Origin: Candidatus Parcubacteria bacterium
GTDB taxonomy: Bacteria; Patescibacteriota; Minisyncoccia; JAHIHE01; JAGLIN01
Direction of reading: 5' to 3'
Assembly (NCBI GenBank): GCA_023140775.1
Contig: JAGLLA010000012.1
Span: 1 to 50,810, forward strand
Length of the DNA stretch: 50,810 nucleotides
In this document: positions 18,635-26,576 of the stretch, piece after piece
Position numbering within the stretch: position 1 is the first letter of the stretch
Layout: each line of letters opens with the position of its first letter
Translations under genes and position numbers: made by a program
The notes under the pieces: model-generated
Seen by the model: only the letters and a program-made list of their open reading frames with translations
What the model was told of the DNA's origin: nothing
Database searches by the model: none

Positions 18635-18724
18635 TTATTTCTTAGTTGAACTTTCTACAATTTTAATCTCCTCCTATCCTAATTCATATATTTTATAAAC
18701 CATCTCATCTGTTCTTGTTTCGAG
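18635..18724 (-). pseudogene. Decayed C-terminal tail of a methyltransferase/restriction-type gene (in-frame stop)
   Basis: Minus-strand frame reads LETRTDEMVYKIYELG*EEIKIVESSTKK*. It has no start codon and begins 9 nt after the Mrr-like stop. Confidence 0.35.
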
Positions 18725-18735
18725 TTATCTCCGTC

Positions 18736-19434
18736 TTAAATCTTTTTAGTAAATTTACATTTAGGATAATTTGAACATCCTACAAATTCACCAAACTTTC
18801 CTTTTCTCACTACGAGCTTTCCACCACAAGTCGGACAAACCTCTGTTTCTCTATTTTCGATAATTTCATTTTCTTTGTTTGCTAGTTTAACCAGTTTCAA
18901 TAATTCATCTCCATCGATCAATTCGATTGGTTTATCTTCTGCGAATTTCACAGCTTCTGTTGTGAAAATGTTTGTTGTAATAAAAATTCCCTTGCCTTGT
19001 GAAAGTTTATCCATTAAGGCACCAGCAAAATCCCTAACATCTCCAACCGATACTTTTGAAGTTATATATTTCTTACATTGAATGTAATGTTTGATACCAT
19101 CTTTTTCAGCAATCACATCCACTCCTCCGTCATATGAACCGCCAACCTTTTCCGTCTTATACCCAAGCTTGAAATACAAATCTGCAATATAAGCTTCAAA
19201 ATCATTTGGATGAAGTTTTCTTAACATTCCAAGTACATCTCGCTCTGATGACCATTTATTAACTTGATCGATTTTCTTCTCAGTCTTTAGCTTTTTAAAA
19301 TACCGTGGCAACCACACTTCGGCAGCTATTTTCATTAATGCAATTATAATCAATAGAATCCACACGGGCCAAAAAGAAATAAGCATAGAGAATATACTTG
19401 CATTTGTTTCATTCGCCATATTAGACCACTCCAT
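18736..19434 (-). CDS. Membrane-anchored Mrr-type restriction endonuclease with a topoisomerase-type zinc finger
   Basis: FEAYIADLYFKLGYKTEKVGGSYDGGVDVIAEKDGIKHYIQCKKY (Mrr_cat D...D..QCK core); C-terminus CPTCGGKLVVRKGKFGEFVGCSNYPKC. Confidence 0.8.
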   Translation of the reverse strand: MEWSNMANETNASIFSMLISFWPVWILLIIIALMKIAAEVWLPRYFKKLKTEKKIDQVNKWSSERDVLGMLRKLHPNDFEAYIADLYFKLGYKTEKVGGSYDGGVDVIAEKDGIKHYIQCKKYITSKVSVGDVRDFAGALMDKLSQGKGIFITTNIFTTEAVKFAEDKPIELIDGDELLKLVKLANKENEIIENRETEVCPTCGGKLVVRKGKFGEFVGCSNYPKCKFTKKI

Positions 19435-19590
19435 ATTGTTTAGTTATTATTAATTCCTTAGTTGCTTTGTCTTATTTTCTCTAAAAGAGTTTCCTTAAAC
19501 TTATACTATCTTCAGTTTAAACTATTTTTTTATTTTTCCACTGTTTATGATTTTGTGGAAATATGAAGAACACACTGAAACCATTTTTTC

Positions 19591-20157
19591 TTATTTCATC
19601 TTTTCCTTTTCGAATAATATCTCGGCGATTCTCCTTTCGTCTTCAGTTAAAAATTCTGATTTTGAAAAATCAGCTTCTTGGGCTGTCTCAAAATAATCAA
19701 TCAATATTTTTTCCTTAGTTTTTCTTAACGACAATGCTTGACCTTCATATTTGAGATTTTCGATTCGATTATGACTCAAATCATCTCTTATATTTTTTAG
19801 CTTCCATAATAGCTTAGTTCGTTTAGTTTCACCGAACAAAGCTTCGTATGCCTTAACTTTATCCGAAAAATTTTCAAGATCATTAAAATTAACTTCTTTT
19901 TCCCCTTTAATTTTCTCTTTTAGTATTTCTTCAACTTTTTTCTTTACTTCAGGAGATAGGGTAGAAGTCTCTGTTTTCAAGGATTCATTTAAAACATAAT
20001 ATAAATCAGTTTCAGCCATATAAACTAACCAGAACACAAAAGAGACAGTGGCAATTTGCTCATCATTCATTTTTAAAGCACATTTGGGAATGGTTTCATT
20101 AATTTGTTGATCTGAAATATCTTCAATTTTCTTTTTAAATAATTCTACTAATTCCAT
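19591..20157 (-). CDS. Helical protein with an Rx4H motif (possible HEPN/Abi-like)
   Basis: LWKLKNIRDDLSHNRIE contains R-x4-H in the C-terminal third of a mostly helical 188-aa protein. The motif alone is weak evidence. Confidence 0.4.
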   Translation of the reverse strand: MELVELFKKKIEDISDQQINETIPKCALKMNDEQIATVSFVFWLVYMAETDLYYVLNESLKTETSTLSPEVKKKVEEILKEKIKGEKEVNFNDLENFSDKVKAYEALFGETKRTKLLWKLKNIRDDLSHNRIENLKYEGQALSLRKTKEKILIDYFETAQEADFSKSEFLTEDERRIAEILFEKEKMK

Positions 20158-20166
20158 AAATTCAAT

Positions 20167-20271
20167 TTATTTATTTTCTATTATCTTAATTTCATCTTCA
20201 CTTAAATCATAAAGTTTATAAACAAGCTGATCGATTTGCGACTCAAGACTTTTAGTGTCCGTATCTTTGTT
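20167..20271 (-). pseudogene. Orphan C-terminal tail of a methyltransferase/restriction-type gene
   Basis: Minus-strand frame NKDTDTKSLESQIDQLVYKLYDLSEDEIKIIENK*. It has no start codon, begins right after the zinc-ribbon ORF stop and ends 9 nt before the next ATG. Confidence 0.4.
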
Positions 20272-20278
20272 TTATTTT

Positions 20279-20950
20279 TCATTCTTCTATTTTTCTAATC
20301 TTATCAACTAAAAACTTTATGTAATATCCTTTATCAGATCTCACTTGAACATATTTTTCATCTACAAAATAATCATACACTTCTCTCTGTGTAGTATCAT
20401 CACGATACCAAAACTTTAATGGCATATTATTTGCTTCTTGTTTTTTTAGGTAAGCAATTGTTTCTTCCAAAGTATTTTCTCTTTGAAAAGTATCTTTTAT
20501 TTTCGGCTTCCTGGGAACAAAGCTCTTAATAACTCCATTAGATGTCCAATTTCTTCCACAATCCTTGCAAACATATCTTTGCTTTTCATTTCTAAATCCT
20601 TTTTTCTCATAATTTTCAGAATCACATGTTGGACATCTATTTCCGTAACTAGAAACCTCATTTTTATTAAAAGCAACTTCACTTGTGCAATTTTGACAAA
20701 CATATATAGAGCCTTCTTTCGCTACCTCTAAATATCCACAATATGGACATTTTATTCCTTCTTGTTTGATTCTTAATTTCTGATAAATTTTCGATGTTCT
20801 TTCGCAATTTCTACAAATTTTATTGCCATTTTTATCTACCACTAACGATTCAGCCTGACAAGTTGAGCAAACTTGACGAATTCTCTCAACTTTCTTTGGT
20901 GTTTTTTTTACAAAACGTTTTTTGCTTATCTTTTTTCTATATTTATGCAA
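20279..20950 (-). CDS. Multi-zinc-ribbon protein (called from a TTG start; the frame stays open further upstream)
   Basis: Three CxxC...CxxC ribbons (CSTCQ..CRNC, CPYCG..CQNC, CPTCD..CKDC) and a C-terminal beta-rich domain. A fourth ribbon is encoded in-frame upstream at 20951-21102. Confidence 0.6.
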   Translation of the reverse strand: MHKYRKKISKKRFVKKTPKKVERIRQVCSTCQAESLVVDKNGNKICRNCERTSKIYQKLRIKQEGIKCPYCGYLEVAKEGSIYVCQNCTSEVAFNKNEVSSYGNRCPTCDSENYEKKGFRNEKQRYVCKDCGRNWTSNGVIKSFVPRKPKIKDTFQRENTLEETIAYLKKQEANNMPLKFWYRDDTTQREVYDYFVDEKYVQVRSDKGYYIKFLVDKIRKIEE

Positions 20951-21102
20951 AACAACACCATGTTCATTTTCGTAACAATTTATACAGTAATTTACAGATT
21001 TATAAGGAAAATAAATTGCTTCATTTATTTTTCCACAATTATCACAAGCCCTTTCGTTTCCTTCTTTTAATCTATCAATCTGATTATGTAATTTTTCAAG
21101 TA

Positions 21103-24100
21103 TTATTTGATTCTGTAGTTTTTTTTTACCAGATTTTGCAATCTGTTATCTAATGTTTCTATTGGATCATCTCCGATATTAAAGCGATTTATTCGCAAAA
21201 ATTTATAACCGTACCCTTCCAAAACTTTTTGCCTATAAATATCATCTTCTTTCATATAATATTTATAATTAGATTCATTCACTTCTTCTCTGTTAACAAA
21301 ATGCTCCTTGAATCCATCATATTCTATGACAATTTTTAATCCGTTGAAAATTAACAAAAAATCAACTTTATAATTTGGATGGTTATAATCCTTGTTTAAT
21401 TGTTTTAAGTATTTTCCAAGATCAAATTGCGGAATAAATTCAATTTTGTCTTTATTTTCTTTATAAAACTTTGTATTATGAAAAATTTCATCAACTTTAT
21501 ATTCCATTTTTGAATCAAGTTTTTTGGTGATTCTTTTCTTACCAATTTTTAATTCATTTTGGTAATGTAACATTGCATTTTTTATTTCTCCTTGAAAGTC
21601 TTCTATTGGTTTGCTTAATACAAAATGGATACATTCCTTAGCACGACTAAATCCGACATTCATTCTTTGAGACCTAAGTGTTCCATCTATTTCGTCGCTG
21701 ATTGAAGAAAAGTCTTTTAAGAATATCCAATTCAAACGATCTTTTTCTTTTGTTGCAACCATTGAATAAAAAATATAGTCCCTTTCTTCCCCCTGACAGG
21801 TATCAAAAGTCATTATTTTTAATTTACACTTTCCAAAAAGCCAATCTCTTTCTGGCAATTCGTTAATTTTATCAAAAAGTAGAGTTACTTGTTCTCTATG
21901 TGGAGTAATAATACCAAGACTTTGTTCAATCTCTTTTTCTTTAAATTCTTGAAGCTGTTTAATTATATGCTTTGCCTCAATTTCATTTGTATTTTTATTT
22001 TCATCAAATTTTCCGTCATGATCTATGACTTCAATTTTAATTACATCTTCAATCTGATTTCCTCTAATCTTCATACACTGAAGAGTATTGTCATAAAAAT
22101 ACTTATCAGAATAAGAAATAATTTCTGGATAACATCGGAAATGTTTTTTTAGTTGGCATTCATAATTTCTGATAAATCTTGAAAATTTAAGAATAGAATT
22201 TTTAATATCAAAATTTTCTTTTACTTTTGTGAGCCAACCATTTTTATCTAGTCCGTTAAGTCTTTCCTCTAAAAAAGTATCTTGTACTCTTTTTCTTAAC
22301 TCTTGATTTGTTACCTTGCTTGCATTATTTGCTTTCACATTTGAAAATTGCTTGTCATCTCCCAACACTATTATCTGTTTCCCTCGCACAAGTGCAGGCA
22401 ACGCCTGTGCAATACTAACTTGCGAAGCCTCGTCAATTATAATCAAATCAAATAGATTTTTCTCTAACGGAATAAATTCTGCATAATCCCTAATTCCTGC
22501 TAAAATACAAGGAAATGCCTTTTTCAAATTTTTAAAGAGGTCTTTCGGAAATTTTTGTTTTCTTCTTACAATATTTTTTAATGTATTTACTTCGCCAGCA
22601 CAATCATTGGTATATTCAATAATTCTTTTATCTAAGAAATATGTCATTCGTGCAGTCGTCAAGTCTTCAATCCCATTTATTGAATTAGAAAATCTGTCTT
22701 CTGGATAAGAGTTAAATTGCTTTTCAAGTTTTGATTGTAGGATTTTATGCTTTGAATATTCTTCAATTTCTTCATTTGTGTAGTCGGACAAAATGCTGGA
22801 CGATTTGTTTATATTCTTTGTCGATATATTTAGATTAATTTTCTCTGAAAAATCAGGATGATTCTCTTTTATGTTTAGAATAAAATCAACTTCGCTCTTT
22901 AATGTTCGCATTTTTTCGACTATCTTGATAAGTTTGTTTAAAGATTTACTTATGTCGTCTGAGAAAAACACACTACAATTTTCATTATTGTCTATTCTTA
23001 TATCACCTGGAATGATGTCTGATAATTTATTAACTACACAATCTATATTATTTATTTGCTTGAATACTTCTATATTCCAACTAACTTGCTGAATTTCATA
23101 CTCTAGATCACTTACATCAACGAGTGATGATTCTAATGTTTCAATCAATTCTTTTTCAGTTACAATATTCTTTTGTAGTTTTTTAATTTTTTGGTAATTA
23201 GACAGATACTCGTTGTTATCATTGCCTAACAAATCTATTAACACTCTAAAAATTGAATACATAGAATCTTCTTTTTCTTTGTATTCATTTGGAATTTTTT
23301 CATAAACAAAATCAAACAAATCAAAAACTTGCTGTATGTCTTTAATAAAATTTTGAGGACTTTCTATTCCAAAATAACTAAAGGTTTTTTTTAAATTTCG
23401 AGTAGCTTTTTCAACTTCCTTGTTTTTAAATAAGAATCCTATAATTGGTAACTTTATTGCATTCAAATTATCAACATATGTTTTAAGTTCTTCGATTGCT
23501 TTTTCAGAGTTTATATTTTTTGGAATCTCAAAATTAGAAAAAATATCGTAGTTATCAAATTTCTCTCCTAAAAATTTCTTTGATTCAGAAAATAGATTAA
23601 AAGATATATCTACAATTTCTGAACGCCACATCAAAACCCCGAGATCCAATTCTTTTGTTGGCTTGAATAATTTTGAAATTACAGGATTGTCTTTATATAG
23701 AATACTCAATTCAGATAATGTTGTTTGTATAGAACTTAAAGAATAAAGTATTTTTTCATCATATGGATTATGACTATCAAATCCTTCAATCAGAGCACCT
23801 GTATTAACATCATTATTTTTTTCTTCAAAATTTGTTTTTGACTCACTTAGAGTGTTTAATGAGTTTTGATATTCATTCAAAAGCTCATAGTTTGTGTCAG
23901 TTAATAATTTTCTATCAATTTTTAAATTACTATCATGTTTGCAAAGATTCTGAATTCCTTTTTTGATTCTCAATAAATCAATGTCATGTTCTTCTGGGGA
24001 ATTAAACCAATCAATGACTGAAAATTTATCAAGATTTTGAAAATAAAATTCAATATCTTTAATATCTATTCCCTCAAAATAATTTATATTTTCTTTTATA

Positions 24101-25839
24101 TTTTTTTCTAACTCACAAAGTGAATTTTTTCTAAGTTCATCATATTCACCCTTTTTATACTTGTAAGCACTATAATGTTCTTTAATTTTTTGAATAGTTT
24201 GACCTTGAACAATTTTATAAAATTTATTTCCTGTTTTTCCAAGTCTTAAAATAGGATTTTGAAAATCATCCTCATGTCTTATTTTGTTCAATGTGCCAGA
24301 AATTTTTTCTTCAACAACATCAAGAGCTTCTTTTTTATCTGATAAAACAAGAACAGACTTTTCTTCTAATAATGCTTTGCAAATAATCGCTGTAATTGTA
24401 TGACTTTTTCCTGTTCCTGGTGGCCCTTCTAGTATCATAAAATTACAATCTGGTTTTTGCAGAGCCATTAAAACTTTTTTTTGTTCATCATTAAGAGGAA
24501 TTGGACTTTCAAATATAAGTTTTTGAGAAATGTCTTTTTCATACCACTCATCTTCAACTTCTTCCATGAAAGGCTTTGGGTTTTCTTCAATAAAGCCATT
24601 TAATAAAGAAGTAAAGTTTTCGAGAATATTTCCGTCATCATTCAATATTTCTTCATAATCGTTAATTAGTGCTTCGTCTGACTTATCAAACAAAAATAAA
24701 TAACCTCTGTTAGAAAATGATGCTATAAGATTCATTCCTTTCTGAAATTCAGAATTTCCTAAATCTACATTTTTATTTAATTCAAAAAAGTTCTCTATTT
24801 TTCTAACATAATTTTTTAAAACGGAAGAAAAATCATCTTCTCCGTTTACGTATAAGATTCTGTCAAATTCTCCAGCTAGTGTTGATTTCTTTTCTGTTTG
24901 TAAATTGAATTCTTGCACAACAAAATCAATAGCCTTTGTATTCACAAAAACACGCTTCTCAAACTGAAAAACAAATCTATCCTCTTTCTTAATAATTGTT
25001 ATTGGTATGTAAAAAACAGGAAATTTTTCATTACCCATGGAAAGTTCATAAAAATATAGATATACTTCTGTTTTATCTATCAATTTATTATTTCTGTACA
25101 ATTGATAAATGTCAAAAAAAGCATCTCCGATAACAAAACTTTCAAAAAACTTGATGAGATTGTTTTTAATCTCAATTAGTTTAATAGTCTCCTGCAAGTT
25201 TTGTTTTGAATCAAAACCTTTTTTGTCTTGAAAAAAGTTTTGTAAGACTTCTGTATATTTATTTTCAAATATAGCAAAAATAGAATCAACAATGTCTGTT
25301 TCTAGTTGAAACTTGCTATTTTCATCGGCTATATCTAAATTTTCAAGTGGCTTGTCAAGGTCATCTAACAATGAAATAATTAAATTTCTTGAGAAAATAT
25401 TTTTTGTTTCTTCCTTGGACTCTTCTAAAAACTTATCATACTCCTTTGCGTACAAAACCCTTTTTTCTTCAATCATGTTTTCAATTTTATTGAAAACTTT
25501 ATCAAGGTCTTTTTCTGTAAGTTTCTTAATTCTCACCTCAATTAAATTAAAAAGGTTTTTAGGAACATTATTTACATATTCACCCTTTTTAATTTGCAAA
25601 CTTTCTTTTTTGAAACCGCTGTTCAAAAGTGCGAAAAAAGTTTTTTTAAGTTTTGGATATTTTTCAAGATCAATCCCGACTTTCAGCCCCTTTTGAGTCT
25701 TTTGAATAGCATTTCTTTTTGGGATTCTTCGCTTCTTAAAATCAGTTTCCAGAAAATTCATAAAATACTTAGCAACTTCTTTCACGAAAGAAGTTGTTTC
25801 AATATTTTCTGATTTTATAATTTCCTTTATTTTTGACAT
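21103..25839 (-). CDS. Giant SF1 (Upf1/Dna2-like) helicase with a DUF4011-like N-terminus and a Vsr/DUF559-like endonuclease C-terminus; Hhe-like defence candidate
   Basis: Walker A ILEGPPGTGKSHT; motif II LIIIDEASQV, VLGDDKQF; TFDTCQGEERDYIFYSMV; C-terminus VDFLLIFNGLKIVIEYDGFKEHF...YRQKVLEGYGYKFLRINRF. About 650 aa are inserted between motifs I and II. Confidence 0.85.
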   Translation of the reverse strand: MSKIKEIIKSENIETTSFVKEVAKYFMNFLETDFKKRRIPKRNAIQKTQKGLKVGIDLEKYPKLKKTFFALLNSGFKKESLQIKKGEYVNNVPKNLFNLIEVRIKKLTEKDLDKVFNKIENMIEEKRVLYAKEYDKFLEESKEETKNIFSRNLIISLLDDLDKPLENLDIADENSKFQLETDIVDSIFAIFENKYTEVLQNFFQDKKGFDSKQNLQETIKLIEIKNNLIKFFESFVIGDAFFDIYQLYRNNKLIDKTEVYLYFYELSMGNEKFPVFYIPITIIKKEDRFVFQFEKRVFVNTKAIDFVVQEFNLQTEKKSTLAGEFDRILYVNGEDDFSSVLKNYVRKIENFFELNKNVDLGNSEFQKGMNLIASFSNRGYLFLFDKSDEALINDYEEILNDDGNILENFTSLLNGFIEENPKPFMEEVEDEWYEKDISQKLIFESPIPLNDEQKKVLMALQKPDCNFMILEGPPGTGKSHTITAIICKALLEEKSVLVLSDKKEALDVVEEKISGTLNKIRHEDDFQNPILRLGKTGNKFYKIVQGQTIQKIKEHYSAYKYKKGEYDELRKNSLCELEKNIKENINYFEGIDIKDIEFYFQNLDKFSVIDWFNSPEEHDIDLLRIKKGIQNLCKHDSNLKIDRKLLTDTNYELLNEYQNSLNTLSESKTNFEEKNNDVNTGALIEGFDSHNPYDEKILYSLSSIQTTLSELSILYKDNPVISKLFKPTKELDLGVLMWRSEIVDISFNLFSESKKFLGEKFDNYDIFSNFEIPKNINSEKAIEELKTYVDNLNAIKLPIIGFLFKNKEVEKATRNLKKTFSYFGIESPQNFIKDIQQVFDLFDFVYEKIPNEYKEKEDSMYSIFRVLIDLLGNDNNEYLSNYQKIKKLQKNIVTEKELIETLESSLVDVSDLEYEIQQVSWNIEVFKQINNIDCVVNKLSDIIPGDIRIDNNENCSVFFSDDISKSLNKLIKIVEKMRTLKSEVDFILNIKENHPDFSEKINLNISTKNINKSSSILSDYTNEEIEEYSKHKILQSKLEKQFNSYPEDRFSNSINGIEDLTTARMTYFLDKRIIEYTNDCAGEVNTLKNIVRRKQKFPKDLFKNLKKAFPCILAGIRDYAEFIPLEKNLFDLIIIDEASQVSIAQALPALVRGKQIIVLGDDKQFSNVKANNASKVTNQELRKRVQDTFLEERLNGLDKNGWLTKVKENFDIKNSILKFSRFIRNYECQLKKHFRCYPEIISYSDKYFYDNTLQCMKIRGNQIEDVIKIEVIDHDGKFDENKNTNEIEAKHIIKQLQEFKEKEIEQSLGIITPHREQVTLLFDKINELPERDWLFGKCKLKIMTFDTCQGEERDYIFYSMVATKEKDRLNWIFLKDFSSISDEIDGTLRSQRMNVGFSRAKECIHFVLSKPIEDFQGEIKNAMLHYQNELKIGKKRITKKLDSKMEYKVDEIFHNTKFYKENKDKIEFIPQFDLGKYLKQLNKDYNHPNYKVDFLLIFNGLKIVIEYDGFKEHFVNREEVNESNYKYYMKEDDIYRQKVLEGYGYKFLRINRFNIGDDPIETLDNRLQNLVKKNYRIK

Positions 25840-26041
25840 ATTTTTTATTTAACCCCGTTCATTTATATACAAACAAATACGCCTGAAACATTTTAAAATC
25901 ACATAGGGCGTACCTATAACCTATATTACCCTTAAAAAGAGAATTAGTAAAGAAAATGAGAAAATTACACAACAAAAAAACACTTCCTAAAAAGCGCTTT
26001 TTTATAGGTGTCTCGGTCGCGAAACACCTCTCACATGACTG

Positions 26042-26112
26042 TTCGGGGACAGGGATTCGAACCCCGATTGCCTGGACCAAAACCAGGTGTCCTACCATTA
26101 GACTATCCCCGA
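26042..26112 (-). tRNA. tRNA-Gln (anticodon UUG)
   Basis: TCGGGGA TA GTCT AATGGTA GGAC A CCTGG TTTTGGT CCAGG CAAT CGGGG TTCGAAT CCCTG TCCCCGA A folds as a cloverleaf by hand. It has a U1:A72 pair, a 7-nt anticodon loop with TTG at 34-36, and no encoded CCA. Confidence 0.9.
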
Positions 26113-26358
26113 ATATTTATTTAATATTTGCCTTTTTTCATCTCTGCCAATGCCAGATTTCAAATATTTTTCACGTTTCAATGATTCTTCTCTTGATCTA
26201 TATTTTTCTTTATATATTATTTTTAATGGATACCTGCCTTTAGTTGACTTAACTTTTCCAGATTGATGTTCTTTGATTCTTCTCGTTAAATTTTCAGTTT
26301 GACCAACATAACTCCACGCTTTTTTTGTTTCAGAAATTAATATATAAACATAAAACAT
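26098..26358 (-). CDS. Small GIY-YIG nuclease family protein
   Basis: FYVYILIS (GIY), WSYVGQT (YIG), LTRRIKEH (Arg/Glu core). The last five codons and the TAA stop lie inside tRNA positions 1-15. Confidence 0.8.
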   Translation of the reverse strand: MFYVYILISETKKAWSYVGQTENLTRRIKEHQSGKVKSTKGRYPLKIIYKEKYRSREESLKREKYLKSGIGRDEKRQILNKYSGIV

Positions 26359-26429
26359 AGTTTTATTTTTGATATTGTCTATATTTCATCTTAAACTGCA
26401 TTTCTTCATCGCCTGGACTCTTGTCTGCC

Positions 26430-26496
26430 GGTAGGCATAAAAACCAGTTGTCCCTCCAGAGGCGGACAGGCCTACCATTGGACTATCCCCGAATAT
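26430..26496 (-). repeat. Displaced copy of the tRNA-Gln 5' part plus a nested hairpin and T5
   Basis: 26471-26496 (cctaccattggactatccccgaatat) matches 26091-26116 at 25/26 positions. GGTAGGC/GCCTACC (26470-26476 / 26430-26436) encloses an inner GC-rich hairpin and is followed by TTTTT on the minus strand. Confidence 0.75.
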
Positions 26497-26576
26497 AAAA
26501 TTTTACAAATACTTCGACAAGCTCAGGATAACACTTCCAACAGGCTTGATACTAACTACGAAATACTTAATACTAA

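Noticed and set aside
25859-26243. Track ORFs 25859..26098 (-) and 25956..26243 (+)
   Set aside because: Both run straight through the tRNA-Gln gene and its flanks, have odd composition and no motifs. They are artefacts of the open frame across the tRNA.
26430-26496. Second functional tRNA, or a tRNA-Gln with an intron carrying the GIY-YIG ORF
   Set aside because: After the shared 5' 22 nt there is no U33-containing 7-nt anticodon loop and no T-arm. The downstream tRNA is complete on its own. The ~110 nt of non-ORF sequence is too short for a group I core.
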